NCBI GenBank assembly: GCA_963664825.1 | Contig: OY761614.1 | Coordinates: 3,360,001 to 3,424,000 of the forward strand | Direction: 5' to 3' | Length of the DNA stretch: 64,000 nt | Origin: an uncultured Holophaga sp. | GTDB lineage: Bacteria > Acidobacteriota > Holophagae > Holophagales > Holophagaceae | Shown: positions 25,660 through 36,166 of the stretch, piece by piece | Layout of the letters: each line of letters opens with the position of its first letter | How positions within the stretch are numbered: the stretch's first letter is position 1 | Program-made: the position numbers and the translations under genes | The notes under the pieces: generated by a model | What the model saw: the letters and a program-made list of their open reading frames with translations, nothing else | Database searches by the model: none | What the model was told of the DNA's origin: nothing

Positions 25660-25818
25660 GGAGACCTCCAGGAAAATAGGGTTGAAAACACCGTGATGCT
25701 TCCATGTGTTTTCTCTTTTTTATCCTTCCACAGGCAGCCTCACGGACGAGAGGGAGCTATTCCACACCTCATCACCCTCTCGAGTCAAGGGGGAACGAAG
25801 GCCTCCGACGAGGCTGGC

Positions 25819-26186
25819 TTAGAACCGCATGGGCTTGAGCCTTCCGTTGTTTTTCACCCCCAGGCAGATGGGGCGCAGGGGCACCTCCACCCGCAGGCTC
25901 ACGTAGCGCCCCCGGATGGGCAGGCTGGGATCTGCGGGCAGGGCGTGCAGCCAGAAGCGGGGCCGGGTGGCGCGATCCACCAGCAGTGGGCCGCCACGAA
26001 GAACAGGGACCCCGCGCCCACCATCAGGGCACCGAAGGCGAGGGCGAGGATCGCGGGCCAGCGCAGGCGGGCGGGAGCTCCCGCGTCCAGGGACGCCTCA
26101 AAGCGCAGGATGGCTGCGGCCTAGACTTCGTCCCGCAACCCGGCCTCCCGCCAGCGGCAGAGGTGATCGTTCAACAGGGGATTCAT
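25819..26186 (-). pseudogene. Collapsed remnant: DUF2157-like N-terminus joined to GDYXXLXY-like fragments
   Basis: MNPLLNDHLCRWREAGLRDEV*AAAILRFE...LRWPAILALAFGALMVGAGSLFFVAAH, with internal TAG at 26121-26123; then in another frame LLVDRATRPRFW...DPSLPIRGRYVSLR...RPICLGVKNNGRLKPMRF*. Confidence 0.65.
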
Positions 26187-26254
26187 GCGAAGAGTCTATC
26201 CCTGATTTCCTGCCCCAATGGCCTTGCCTTCAGCGCGTGGAATGCACTGGGCGT

Positions 26255-26845
26255 TCAAGGCCTCTCGCGACCCGGCCCTAGTTCGATCGAGGGCGTGCGC
26301 CACGTCTCCGGATCGACGGCAGTACCCGCCTTGTAGTTGAGAACATCCAAGCGCTCGGGCACGATCTTCACGAGGACGAGATTTTTCAGGCCCGGAAAGG
26401 CATGATCCCAGTACGCCCGCTTGCGCTTCTGGATCTCGGCCGGATCCTCGACGAGCACAGCCCGGCCCGCCAGGGCGAGGTAGCCGACCGGCTTGGAATG
26501 GTCCGCATAGTAGAGGGTGACCCGAGGATCCCTTCGGAGCTCCCGGACTTTCCGGCTGCGGGTGTTCGTGGCGAACCAGACCGTCATGTCCTCTTCGGGC
26601 GGAAAGGGACTCATGGTCCTCACCTGGGGACGCCCCGTTTCGTCCAGGGTGATCAACGCACAGTACGTCTGGCCTGCCATGATTTCCCGGGCCGCGGCGA
26701 TCGTCTTCGCACGCTGCGGGGCCGAGGGCCGCCCGCCTATGGTTTGCGCCCACATCGGCACGGCCAAGACGAGCAGCGAAAAAATCGAGGTGCAGACGAG
26801 TCTCCCGCGGGGCTCCGGCCTTCGGGTGTGCGTGTCACAGGACAT
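26255..26845 (-). CDS. Pyridoxamine 5'-phosphate oxidase-like (general stress protein 26 type) FMN-binding protein with signal peptide
   Basis: GAGGAGG RBS before ATG 26845; [39 protein letters not shown]. Confidence 0.85.
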   Translation of the reverse strand: MSCDTHTRRPEPRGRLVCTSIFSLLVLAVPMWAQTIGGRPSAPQRAKTIAAAREIMAGQTYCALITLDETGRPQVRTMSPFPPEEDMTVWFATNTRSRKVRELRRDPRVTLYYADHSKPVGYLALAGRAVLVEDPAEIQKRKRAYWDHAFPGLKNLVLVKIVPERLDVLNYKAGTAVDPETWRTPSIELGPGRERP

Positions 26846-27135
26846 GGGTTCCTCCTCCGGAACAGGAGAGCACGCCGGACCCATCGAGGTGGGGAATCCG
26901 GGGTAAAACGCCCCCCTACGGGGCAGTTGGCAATCGGCAAGGGGTGGACCGCCGGATCCCTCCGGACACATTCGCTCGTTTTTTAGGGCATTCCGCGGTA
27001 TCCTGCTTTGTCGTACTTGGAAGGCACGCGCCGGTCGGTGCCTTTATCCTACGGGTTTCTCAGTTCGAATACCCTTCATGCCCTGACCGGGCCCCGTCAG
27101 CAAGCTGCTGTCGGGCGGGCCAACCAGGAGCACTA

Positions 27136-28464
27136 ATGTCCTTTGAAAACTTGGGCCTCATGCCCGAGCTGCTGCTTGCCGTACGCGAGCAGGGCTACGA
27201 AATCCCCACCCCCGTCCAGGCCCAGGCCATTCCCCTCATCCTCCAGGGTCAGGACGTGATGGCCGGCGCCCAGACAGGCACGGGCAAGACCGCGGCCTTC
27301 GTGCTGCCCATCCTCCAGATGCTGGCCCCCATGGCCAACACCAGCACCTCTCCCGCCCGCCATCCCATCCGGGTCCTCATCCTCACCCCCACCCGCGAGC
27401 TGGCCATGCAGGTGGAAGAGAGCGTGCGCACCTACGGCAAGCATCTGCCCCTGCGCTCCACCACCATCTTCGGCGGCGTCAATATCAACCCCCAGATCAA
27501 GGCCCTGCGCGCAGGCGTCGAGATCCTCGTGGCCACCCCCGGCCGCCTGCTGGATCACTACCAGCAGGGCACCCTGCACTTCGGCAGCCTCCAATTCCTG
27601 GTGCTGGACGAGGCCGATCGCATGCTCGACATGGGCTTCATCCGCGATATCAAGAAGATCCTTGCCCTCCTGCCCACCCAGCGCCAGAGCGTCCTCTGCT
27701 CGGCCACCTTCGGCGGCGAGATCCGCGGACTGGCCTCCAGCCTCTTGAAGAACCCCGTCTCCGTGGATGTGGCCCCTCGTAATACGGCCGCCAGCTTGGT
27801 GCGCCAGATGGTGCTGCCCGTGGACCGCAACCGCAAGAAGGCCCTGCTCTCCTACCTGGTCAAGACCCGGCCCATGGAGCAGGTGCTGGTCTTCACCCGC
27901 ACCAAGCATGGCGCCAACCACCTCTCCGAACAGCTGGAGCGGGACGGCATCCCCTGCTCGGCCATCCACGGCAACAAGAGCCAGCCCCAGCGCATCAAGG
28001 CCCTCGAGGACTTCAAGGCCGGCAATATCCAGGTGCTGGTCGCCACCGATATCGCCGCTCGCGGCCTGGATATCGATCAGCTGCCTCATGTGGTAAATTT
28101 CGAACTGCCTCACGTGGCCGAGGACTACATCCACCGCATCGGCCGCACGGGCCGAGCCGGAAGCGAGGGGGAGGCCCTCAGCCTAGTCTGCGTCGACGAG
28201 CTCAAGCTCCTGAAGGACATCGAAAAGCTGCTGAAGAAGGATCTCCCCAAGCAGGTGATCCCGGACTTCGAGCCCGATCCCAGCATCAAGGCCGAGCCCA
28301 TCATCACCGGTCGGGGCGGCTCCGGTGGAGGGCGTTCCCCCAGGCCCGGTGGACAGGGGGGTGGCAGGTCGGGTTCCTCGGCCGGACGCATTTCCTCCAG
28401 CCGTTCCGAGCGCAGCAGCGTCCACGCCCAGCCCCGCACGCGCACATCCCCCCGGGGGAAGTGA
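27136..28464 (+). CDS. rhlE: DEAD-box RNA helicase, RhlE-like
   Basis: Q motif, [44 protein letters not shown]-terminal [20 protein letters not shown]. Confidence 0.92.
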   Translation: MSFENLGLMPELLLAVREQGYEIPTPVQAQAIPLILQGQDVMAGAQTGTGKTAAFVLPILQMLAPMANTSTSPARHPIRVLILTPTRELAMQVEESVRTYGKHLPLRSTTIFGGVNINPQIKALRAGVEILVATPGRLLDHYQQGTLHFGSLQFLVLDEADRMLDMGFIRDIKKILALLPTQRQSVLCSATFGGEIRGLASSLLKNPVSVDVAPRNTAASLVRQMVLPVDRNRKKALLSYLVKTRPMEQVLVFTRTKHGANHLSEQLERDGIPCSAIHGNKSQPQRIKALEDFKAGNIQVLVATDIAARGLDIDQLPHVVNFELPHVAEDYIHRIGRTGRAGSEGEALSLVCVDELKLLKDIEKLLKKDLPKQVIPDFEPDPSIKAEPIITGRGGSGGGRSPRPGGQGGGRSGSSAGRISSSRSERSSVHAQPRTRTSPRGK

Positions 28465-28485
28465 TCCTAATCCGTTCACAGGAAT

Positions 28486-28513
28486 CGGGGGCCTCAGGGC
28501 CCCCGTTCTTTTT
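28486..28513 (+). terminator. Intrinsic terminator
   Basis: CGGGGGCC-TCAG-GGCCCCCG followed by TTCTTTTT downstream of the helicase. Confidence 0.8.
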
Positions 28514-31110
28514 CAGTTTGAAGCCTCCGCTGCCAGGGCCAGCACTTCCCGCAAGGCGGTCTCGAACTGGCGGAAGGTGAAGGGCTTCTGGAGGAAGCCC
28601 CTGGGTTCAAGGGCATCCAGGACCTCGGGGATCGCCTCCCGACTGTAGCCGCTGCACAGGACCACGGGCATCCCCGGGGCCTCGCGCCGAATCTCGGCAT
28701 AAACCTCCAGGCCTCCCCGACGGGGCATGGTGAGATCTAGCACCACGATACTGAGGGTGGAGCGATGTGCCTGGAAGAGGGTCCAGGCCTCCTCGCCATC
28801 CGCGGCTTCGATCACCTGGAAACCCAGGCGCTCAGCCATTTTCCGCGAAGTCTCGCGAATGGTGATCTCGTCTTCGGCCAGCAGGAGGGTTCCCGAGAGG
28901 CCGGCCGAACCCCGAAGGTTGGAAGCAAGGGCCTCGATCCTAGAGGACTCCATGTGAGCCACAGGGAAGTAGAGTTCGATGCAGGTGCCCTCACCGGGCT
29001 TGGAATGGATTTTGAGGCCTGCCCCGTGACTGCGGAGGATGCCCCGGGTGGCAGAGAGCCCCAGGCCGCGCCCCGTGGGCTTGGTGGTGAAGAAGGGATC
29101 AAAGATCCGGGCGAGCACCTCCGGTTCCATGCCGCAGCCCTCATCGCGCACTCTCAGGGTGACGTATTCGCCGGCTTTGAGCGGATCCCCCAGCAGCCTC
29201 CGCTCCAGCGCAGGCGCATTCAGAGTCTCGAGGCCCGTGGTCAGTTCCACCCTTCCGACCCGGTCCTCGAAGGCTTCGCTGGCGTTCATCACCAGGTTCA
29301 TCACCACCTGCTGGAGCTGGATCCGGTCTCCCAGGATCAGCGGCAGGCTCTCCCGGAGCCGAAGCTCCAGATGGACCTTCTTGGACCTGGAAACCCCCAG
29401 GAGTTCGGCCATCTCACCCACCAGGACATTCAGGTCCACAGGTTCCACCTGGAAGGTCCCCTGCCCCGAGTAGGCAAGCAGCTGCCGGGCCAGATCCGCG
29501 GCGCGCTGGATGCTGGTATCCATGCGTTCGAAGTGTTCGGAGGGATCGGTGCCATCCTCGATCATCAGGCGGGCCAAGCTCAGGTGCCCCTGGATCGCCG
29601 CCAGCAGGTTATTGAAATCATGGGCAATGCCACCCGCCAGGAGCCCGAGGCTCTCCAGCTTCTGGGTCTGCAGGAGGGCATCGGCCTGGGCGTGGCGTTC
29701 CGTCACGTCCCGAGCCACCCAGATCACGCAGGCCCGTTCATCGATATCCACATCCATGGGCGCCACCCGGGCCTCGAAATAGAGCAACCCCTTGGGGGTC
29801 TGCAGGGCATAGTCCAGGGACTGGATCTGCCGCTCCTTCAAGGCCTGGCTAATGGTCGCCCGAACGGCCTCTGCCAACTCGGGCCGGAGGATTTCATCCA
29901 CCCCGCGGCCCAGGAGCTGGGCGGGCGGAGCCGCCAGCTGTCCATCATCCGAGGTGAGCACCTCGACGTAGACCCCCTCGGCATCCAGCACCATGATGGC
30001 ATCCGGCATGACGCGGGTGATGGCGCGAAGGCGCGATTCGCTGTGGTGAAGCTCGGCCGTCATCTCCTGGGCCAGTTCGCGCGCCCGTCGGCCGGTGCGG
30101 TTGAGGGCGCGGATCCAGCCCGCGAGCAGGAGGGTCGTCTGGAGCCCCACCAACAGGATGAGCCAGGGAAACCCGACCTCCCCGGCCTGGAAGAAGGCCG
30201 GGCCAGCCTCGAAACGCATCTCCCAGCGGCGCCCGCCGATCCCCAGTTCCTCCCGACTCGAGAGCCCCCTGGGGCCGAAGCGCTGCCACCAGCGTCGAGG
30301 AAGATTTGCCACGCTCTCAAGGAAAACCAGGGGCCGCCCCGAATTGCTCACATCCGCGAGGCGCAGTCGGATTCCATCCGCATTCACGCGGGCCGCGGCC
30401 TCTGCGGTGAGCTGCTGCACCAGGAAGACCGCGTTCCCGTAGCCCACAAAGACCCGGCGCCGTTCCTCGAGTGTCGAGGGGACGCCCTGCCCCTGGTAGA
30501 CCGCCAGGCGAAGCACCAGGCCCGGGCCCGCCTCTGGAGCCTGGGCCAGCGCCATGGGGTCACTGGCCTGGACTTCCCCGCTATCTCGCGCAGCCACCAG
30601 GGAGGCGCGCTGGGCCTCGGTGCTGGCCGAATTGAAGCCCAGGGCCCGGATATTGGGCTGTTCGGGCTCTTCGAAGAGGATGATGGCATCGCCTTCGAAG
30701 CCTATGGCCGGATGGATCCGAAGCTCGCGGCCATGTTCGGCCCGCAGGCGCCTTTCCACGGCCTCCGGGCCACTGGAAGCGAGGGGGATCCCGTAGGCCA
30801 CGCCCAGGAGCCCGGGATAGTTCTTCTCGAGATTCAGAGATCTAAGGTAGGTGCGAAAGCGCGCCCGATTCATCCCACCGTCGGCCTGGGCCAGACCCCG
30901 AACCCCTCGCAGCAGATCCTCGCAGTTCCGCAGGCGATTCTCCAACCGCCCCCTGGCCTCGAGGACTGCAACCCCGAAGCGGGCCTTCGCCCGTCCATGC
31001 TGGACCGCCCAGACAAGCACGAAGCAACCCACGCTAAGCAGGAGGCCACCCAACAAGATCCCCTTGGCGAGACCGGAATCGGAGCGCACAGGGCCTGTGG
31101 GGGCGTTCAA
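28513..31110 (-). CDS. CHASE-PAS hybrid sensor histidine kinase/response regulator
   Basis: TM-CHASE-TM, PAS, AGGIAHDFNNLL, NLVMNASEA, FFTTKPTGRGLGL, C-terminal REC (LAEDE, DLTMP, QKP). TTG start at 31110 after GGAGG; 31122 is an alternative. Confidence 0.9.
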   Translation of the reverse strand: MNAPTGPVRSDSGLAKGILLGGLLLSVGCFVLVWAVQHGRAKARFGVAVLEARGRLENRLRNCEDLLRGVRGLAQADGGMNRARFRTYLRSLNLEKNYPGLLGVAYGIPLASSGPEAVERRLRAEHGRELRIHPAIGFEGDAIILFEEPEQPNIRALGFNSASTEAQRASLVAARDSGEVQASDPMALAQAPEAGPGLVLRLAVYQGQGVPSTLEERRRVFVGYGNAVFLVQQLTAEAAARVNADGIRLRLADVSNSGRPLVFLESVANLPRRWWQRFGPRGLSSREELGIGGRRWEMRFEAGPAFFQAGEVGFPWLILLVGLQTTLLLAGWIRALNRTGRRARELAQEMTAELHHSESRLRAITRVMPDAIMVLDAEGVYVEVLTSDDGQLAAPPAQLLGRGVDEILRPELAEAVRATISQALKERQIQSLDYALQTPKGLLYFEARVAPMDVDIDERACVIWVARDVTERHAQADALLQTQKLESLGLLAGGIAHDFNNLLAAIQGHLSLARLMIEDGTDPSEHFERMDTSIQRAADLARQLLAYSGQGTFQVEPVDLNVLVGEMAELLGVSRSKKVHLELRLRESLPLILGDRIQLQQVVMNLVMNASEAFEDRVGRVELTTGLETLNAPALERRLLGDPLKAGEYVTLRVRDEGCGMEPEVLARIFDPFFTTKPTGRGLGLSATRGILRSHGAGLKIHSKPGEGTCIELYFPVAHMESSRIEALASNLRGSAGLSGTLLLAEDEITIRETSRKMAERLGFQVIEAADGEEAWTLFQAHRSTLSIVVLDLTMPRRGGLEVYAEIRREAPGMPVVLCSGYSREAIPEVLDALEPRGFLQKPFTFRQFETALREVLALAAEASN

Positions 31111-31300
31111 GGGACCTCCCAAGGGGAGCTGGATCAGAGGGCTAGCTCACAAGTTCGGGGCCGTTGCGTAATCATCAAGATTTCCCTGCTTTTTCGTTAG
31201 GGCCCATTATGTCCTGCCGCCCTCCAAACGCCATGATTATTCTGTGACAAAGGCTTAGCACCCGACTCAACCGGGGATTCAAGGTTTCCTCTGGCGCGCT

Positions 31301-32167
31301 CTAGCGCAATCCGTAGGTGCCTCTCAGGATCCATTCGAAGAGGGCCGGAGGCAGGACCCGGTGGGCCACCTGGGCCCAGTAGCTATCCTTGCCCACGATG
31401 ACTCGCCTGGGAGGACGGCGGGCACAGATGGCATTAGCGATCCGCTTCGCGCAGGCCTCGGCCTTCAACCCATGCTGGGCGGCGAAATCCTCCCGCCGGG
31501 TGGCGTAGCGGTGGATGGCCTGTTCGTACCGCGTGCCCTGAGCCCGTTCCGGGAGGTCGCCCCAGGCCCGCTTCAGGGTGGCGCGGAAGGCCGAATGGAT
31601 GGCGCCGGGTTCCACCAGGATGACCTTGATACCCGGGCTGATCTCCACCCGCAGGCTCTCGGCCAGGGCCACCACGGCGTGTTTGCTGGCGTTGTAGGCC
31701 CCGGCCATGGGAATGGAGAGGCGCCCCAGCACCGAGGCCACCTGGACGATGCGCCCCTCACCGGGCGCGGCATGGGCGGAGATGAGGGGCAGGAAGGCGT
31801 TGGTCACGGCCTGGAGGCCGATGACGTTGGTCTCGAATTGGGCCCGCAGTTCCTCCATGCGCAGCAGTTCCAGGGGGCCCATCTGGCCGTAGCCCGCGTT
31901 ATTGACAAGGGCTGTCAGGCAGAGATCCCGGCAGGCTTCAGCGGCTCGCGCGATGCTCGCACCGTCGGTCACATCCAGCTCCAGCTTGCGGAGATCTTCC
32001 CCCGCAGGGAGACTCGCGAGGGATTCGATGTTGCGCGCCGTGGCCACCACACCCCAACCACGGGCCCTCAAGGCCTCCACCAGGGCCCTCCCGATGCCTG
32101 TGGAACAGCCCGTAACCAGGGCCCAGCGGCGCGGGGAGAGATTCGAGCTAGGGTTCAACATTGGCAT
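31301..32167 (-). CDS. Short-chain dehydrogenase/reductase
   Basis: TGCSTGIG, NNAGYG, YNASK, EPG motifs. Confidence 0.93.
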   Translation of the reverse strand: MPMLNPSSNLSPRRWALVTGCSTGIGRALVEALRARGWGVVATARNIESLASLPAGEDLRKLELDVTDGASIARAAEACRDLCLTALVNNAGYGQMGPLELLRMEELRAQFETNVIGLQAVTNAFLPLISAHAAPGEGRIVQVASVLGRLSIPMAGAYNASKHAVVALAESLRVEISPGIKVILVEPGAIHSAFRATLKRAWGDLPERAQGTRYEQAIHRYATRREDFAAQHGLKAEACAKRIANAICARRPPRRVIVGKDSYWAQVAHRVLPPALFEWILRGTYGLR

Positions 32168-33767
32168 CCGTTCCGATTTTTCTGCGCCGATTTGGCAACT
32201 TGAGATAGGCCCACCAAGCGCCTCCAATGACCAGAATCAGGCAGCCCAGCCACACCATCCAGGCGCCCGGCCGATGGACGACCAGGATGGCGCTGGCCTC
32301 CGGGTCCAGAGAACCTTGGGGGCCCTGAAGGAAGGAGAGCCCTTCAAAGACGAGGGGATCGCTCACGCCCACCACCTTGCGGGCCAATTCCCGTCCCTGA
32401 GGATCTTCCACCACAAGCGTGCTGCGGAGATCCCTCGGATCGGGAAGCGGCTGGGAGCATCCCAGGGCGACACGGCCTTCCAGGAGGGCCTTCGCAGATC
32501 CATCGGCGCAGATCCAGGCCCTTTCGGAGGCGCCCGAATGGGTGTCTATCACCCTCACACGGACGGCCGCCCTGCCCGGAGTCTCGGACTGGCCCTGAGC
32601 CGCCGGGAAGAAGCCCTCGAAGAGTCCCAGGGGCGTCACAGAGAGGCCCGGTTCCACCACGAAGGGGCGGTCCAGCACCCAGGTGTCCTCCCGCACCAGG
32701 CGACCGGATTCCACCAGGGCCACCCTGTGCTCGGCGAGGCCGAAGACCACGAAGCGCGTTTGAGTCTCCTCGCCCTCCCGCAGGTATTTCAGATGGAGGC
32801 CCTCAGGCAGGTTGGGCGCGTTCAGACGGTCCGTGTACTCGGGCTGACGGGCGCTCAGGAGCACGCGCCGGGGAGCCTTGCCCGGGGAGAGCAGCTCCAC
32901 CTCCAACCAGGGGTCCAGGGGCTTCTGGGAGCGGGAACTCATCACAGGGTTCCCGGCGCCATCCTTGCGCACCTGGAAATCCGGATAGGTTTTCACCACC
33001 TTCAGGACGGCCCCCGCCACCTCGAGGCGCCCTCCTGCCTTGGCCGGGATTTCCTGCGTTCGGCCCGCGAAGGTCGCCAGGAGTCTTTCCCCGCGAGGCG
33101 CGTGGGGCCGAAGGGACGCCAGCAGGCTTCCCTCCAGGCGTTCCCGGAAGAGGACGGCAAAGCGCCCCTGGGGTTCCTCCCGGAAGGCCTCCTCCCCGAA
33201 GGAATGCAGGATGCCCAGCACGGGTTCGGTCCTGCCCAATCCCAGCATCACCAGGAGCACATCGGCTCCCCCAGAGGCAGGCGGGACGGGCATCCTGCCG
33301 GGCTTGAGCCCGAATTCCAGGGCGCCCGGGATCAGGCGCTCGATTTCATAATCCAGCCCGGCCCCGAGCCTTCCCTTCTGCCCCTCGGTCAGGGGAGGGG
33401 TGCGCAGACCCGCCTGGAGGTCCCCCCCGGGCCCTGTGGCCACGAGCCGGATCTCCGAGGGGATGCGGGAGACATCGAAGCGCTCCAGCCTCACCTGGAA
33501 ACCGGGCAGCACGTAGGGTTTCCCGGCATGAACGGGCTGGAGGGTATAGCTGCCCTGCCCCACTTTCAATTCAGTCCGGGCCTTCACACCCCCCAGGCGG
33601 TTCCAGAGCCCTCCCACCAGGAGGAAGGCCGGAGCGATCAGCACCAGCAGGAGGCCCATCCTGGATGGCGGATAGGGGCGCCGCTTCCAGGCCACAGCCA
33701 GGAGGATGAGCGCAAGGGCCGCCAGGGGCACCAGACACCAGAGGCTGTGGAACGCATCGCCGATCAT
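32148..33767 (-). CDS. ResB/Ccs1-like membrane protein with a large periplasmic domain
   Basis: Two N-terminal TMs; C-terminal VSDPLVFEGLSFLQ...PGAWMVWLGCLILVIG resembles ResB. No ccsA partner nearby. Confidence 0.55.
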   Translation of the reverse strand: MIGDAFHSLWCLVPLAALALILLAVAWKRRPYPPSRMGLLLVLIAPAFLLVGGLWNRLGGVKARTELKVGQGSYTLQPVHAGKPYVLPGFQVRLERFDVSRIPSEIRLVATGPGGDLQAGLRTPPLTEGQKGRLGAGLDYEIERLIPGALEFGLKPGRMPVPPASGGADVLLVMLGLGRTEPVLGILHSFGEEAFREEPQGRFAVLFRERLEGSLLASLRPHAPRGERLLATFAGRTQEIPAKAGGRLEVAGAVLKVVKTYPDFQVRKDGAGNPVMSSRSQKPLDPWLEVELLSPGKAPRRVLLSARQPEYTDRLNAPNLPEGLHLKYLREGEETQTRFVVFGLAEHRVALVESGRLVREDTWVLDRPFVVEPGLSVTPLGLFEGFFPAAQGQSETPGRAAVRVRVIDTHSGASERAWICADGSAKALLEGRVALGCSQPLPDPRDLRSTLVVEDPQGRELARKVVGVSDPLVFEGLSFLQGPQGSLDPEASAILVVHRPGAWMVWLGCLILVIGGAWWAYLKLPNRRRKIGTDANVEP

Positions 33768-33776
33768 GCTTCCACT

Positions 33777-35495
33777 CTAGACCAGCGCCAGGAGCCCGAC
33801 GAGGTAGAAGGCCATCTCCAGGGGAGGCCCCGCGCTCCGCTTGCCGGCCGTGAAACGCTCGTGGAAGAACCACAGGTAGCCCATGGGGTAGGCCGCGCTG
33901 CAGGCCAGGATGGCCAGCTTCACGGCCCCATGGGGTAATCCCACGTGCAGCGTCGTCCAGGCCGCGATTCCGAAGGCCGCCACCAGGAAGGCGGCCAGCA
34001 CCTCCTTGGTGGTCCTGCGCCCCAGCAGGATGGGCAGGGTCTCCTTCCCGAGGATCTGGTCGTTCTGCATATCCTGGATATTCCGGATCGAGGTCCGGGC
34101 AAACACGAGCGCGGTGACGAAGAAGATCCCCGCCCAGGCGCGGATGCCCCAGACCCAGCTGTGGTGCCACAGGGGAAGAGCCACCGCCACGATGGCCATG
34201 GCCAGACTCACCAGCACATCCTTGGAACCAGGAATGGCCACCAGGCTCAGGTTCAGACGTCCCAGGGTCACCTGGCGCTTGTAGGCCAGGCCAAAGGCCG
34301 AAGCCAGCCCCAACACCATGAAGGATCCCAGGCCCTGCCAGGCCGCGATCCCCAGGGCCACCCCTAGGCTACCCATCCCGATACCCACCAAGATCCGACG
34401 GTGGCCCTCCAGCACCTTGGCCCGGGCCGGGCCCTTGGCCATCAGGCCCACGGGATCCATGTAGGGGGCCAGCAGGAACATGGCCAGCATGTAGGCCGCC
34501 GTGATCAGGGGGTACTGCCAGGTCCGGGGAATGCCCATCCAGGCGTGGATGCCCAGGGACATGAGCGCCGCCCCGAGAGCCAAGCGCAGGGGCACGCCGA
34601 AGCCATTCCGGAAGAGGCGCATCACGCGGCTGGGACCCTGGCCCAGCTGTTCGAGAGCGGCCACCACTTCTTCCACCAGCCAGGTGGGGGTGGAGGCGCC
34701 CGCCAATACCCCCACCGTGGAGGCGCCATGGAAGCTGTCCAGATCCAGTTCCGCGGCGGTTTCCACGAACTGGCAGGGCTTGCCATAATGCCGAGCCAGT
34801 TCGGCCAGATGGCGCGAATTGGCGGAGTTCTTCCCGCCGACGATCACCACCGAATCCACCTGGGCGGCGATCTCCCGGGCCTCGGCCTGGCGTCGCCAGG
34901 AGTCTTCGCAGATGGTGTTCTCCACCACCAGATCCCCCGCGCGACCGCGCAGGTACTCGGCAATGGATTCGAAATCCTGCACCGTGAAGGTGGTCTGGGC
35001 GATGACGAGCACCTTCCTCAGTTGTTCGTCGCTGAGGGCCTCGGCCTCGGCCATATTGGCCACGATGACGCTGCCGCTTTCGGCGAAGCTCTGGTGGGCG
35101 ATGCTCTCGGCATGGCCATGGATGCCCAGGATCACAGTGAAATAGCCCTTGGGACTCCACTTCTTGATCCGGCTATGCACCTTGGCCACCTCGGGACAGG
35201 TGGCGTTGACCAGTTTCAACTCACCCTTGGCCTGACGGGCCTTGAGCCCGCGCAGATCCTGGATGGGGATGCCGTGGGCGCGGATGACCACCGTGCCGCC
35301 CCTCACAGACTCTGGAGTCTCCACCACCGAAACCCCGCGCCGACCGATGAGTTCCAGGGCCTGGGGATTGTGGATGAGGGGCCCCAGGGTCTGGACCTTC
35401 CGTCCTTCGCTGCGGGCAGACGCCTCCAGCACCGCGTCCATGGCCCGCCGCACGCCCCAGCAGAAGCCCGCCGTCTTGGCCACCAGTACCTTCAT
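33777..35495 (-). CDS. ispH: 4-hydroxy-3-methylbut-2-enyl diphosphate reductase fused to a UbiA-like membrane domain
   Basis: AGFCWGVRRA, LIHN, IRAHG, ATCPEV, AQTT, NTIC, GGKNSANS, AGASTP; then a multi-TM domain with IPGSKD and DMQNDQILGKETLPILLG. Confidence 0.9.
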   Translation of the reverse strand: MKVLVAKTAGFCWGVRRAMDAVLEASARSEGRKVQTLGPLIHNPQALELIGRRGVSVVETPESVRGGTVVIRAHGIPIQDLRGLKARQAKGELKLVNATCPEVAKVHSRIKKWSPKGYFTVILGIHGHAESIAHQSFAESGSVIVANMAEAEALSDEQLRKVLVIAQTTFTVQDFESIAEYLRGRAGDLVVENTICEDSWRRQAEAREIAAQVDSVVIVGGKNSANSRHLAELARHYGKPCQFVETAAELDLDSFHGASTVGVLAGASTPTWLVEEVVAALEQLGQGPSRVMRLFRNGFGVPLRLALGAALMSLGIHAWMGIPRTWQYPLITAAYMLAMFLLAPYMDPVGLMAKGPARAKVLEGHRRILVGIGMGSLGVALGIAAWQGLGSFMVLGLASAFGLAYKRQVTLGRLNLSLVAIPGSKDVLVSLAMAIVAVALPLWHHSWVWGIRAWAGIFFVTALVFARTSIRNIQDMQNDQILGKETLPILLGRRTTKEVLAAFLVAAFGIAAWTTLHVGLPHGAVKLAILACSAAYPMGYLWFFHERFTAGKRSAGPPLEMAFYLVGLLALV

Positions 35496-35672
35496 GGGTC
35501 TCCTTGATTCTTGACCAACGCGGTCGGCAATGCAGAATACCCCGGAACAAGGGACTTTTCCACGCGCCACCGAACAGCACGGAGCTTTCTTCCGAAAAAA
35601 ACGTCACCCGTTTCTTGGGAATCCAAGTACCGTGAAAGCTTCGGACCCCCGAGGCTCCCGAGGTATTTGGAC

Positions 35673-36116
35673 ATGGTTGCTCCTCCGCTTCTGCCCGTCA
35701 CATTGACTTGCAACACGGATCTCCGTTTCATCGACCTCATCCAGGTCGTGGGCTCGGAGCTCCTCAAGCATCTGAGCTTCAGTCACGAAGACGGCGAACG
35801 GCTCTGGCTGGCCATCCAGGAAGGCATCGCCAATGCCATGCGCCACGGGAACAAGCTGGACAAGCAGAAGGTCGTCAAGGTCACCTTCGACCCCAGCCCC
35901 GGCAAGATCGAGATCCGCATCGAGGATCAGGGGGACGGCGTGAACCTGGACGCCCTTCCCAATCCCAACCTCCCCGAGAACCTCCTCAAGCCCTGCGGCC
36001 GCGGCGTCTACTTCATGAAGCAGGTCATGGACACCGTCGAGATGCGCAGCCACGACCAAGGCAGCACCCTCGTGCTGGTGAAGAACCGTCGGCACGCCGA
36101 GGCCGTGGAGGTCTGA
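35673..36116 (+). CDS. RsbW-like anti-sigma factor / HATPase_c protein
   Basis: LAIQEGIANAMRHGN, EDQGDG, GRGVYFMKQVMD. Confidence 0.88.
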   Translation: MVAPPLLPVTLTCNTDLRFIDLIQVVGSELLKHLSFSHEDGERLWLAIQEGIANAMRHGNKLDKQKVVKVTFDPSPGKIEIRIEDQGDGVNLDALPNPNLPENLLKPCGRGVYFMKQVMDTVEMRSHDQGSTLVLVKNRRHAEAVEV

Positions 36117-36166
36117 GGGGCTTTCGCCATTCGAGCCCTGGACAATCGACCGGCCGCCCCCGAGCC

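Noticed and set aside
26121..26123. In-frame TAG as a pyrrolysine or readthrough codon
   Set aside because: The locus is also truncated and frame-switched, so nonsense decay of a pseudogene is simpler; no pyl genes are visible.
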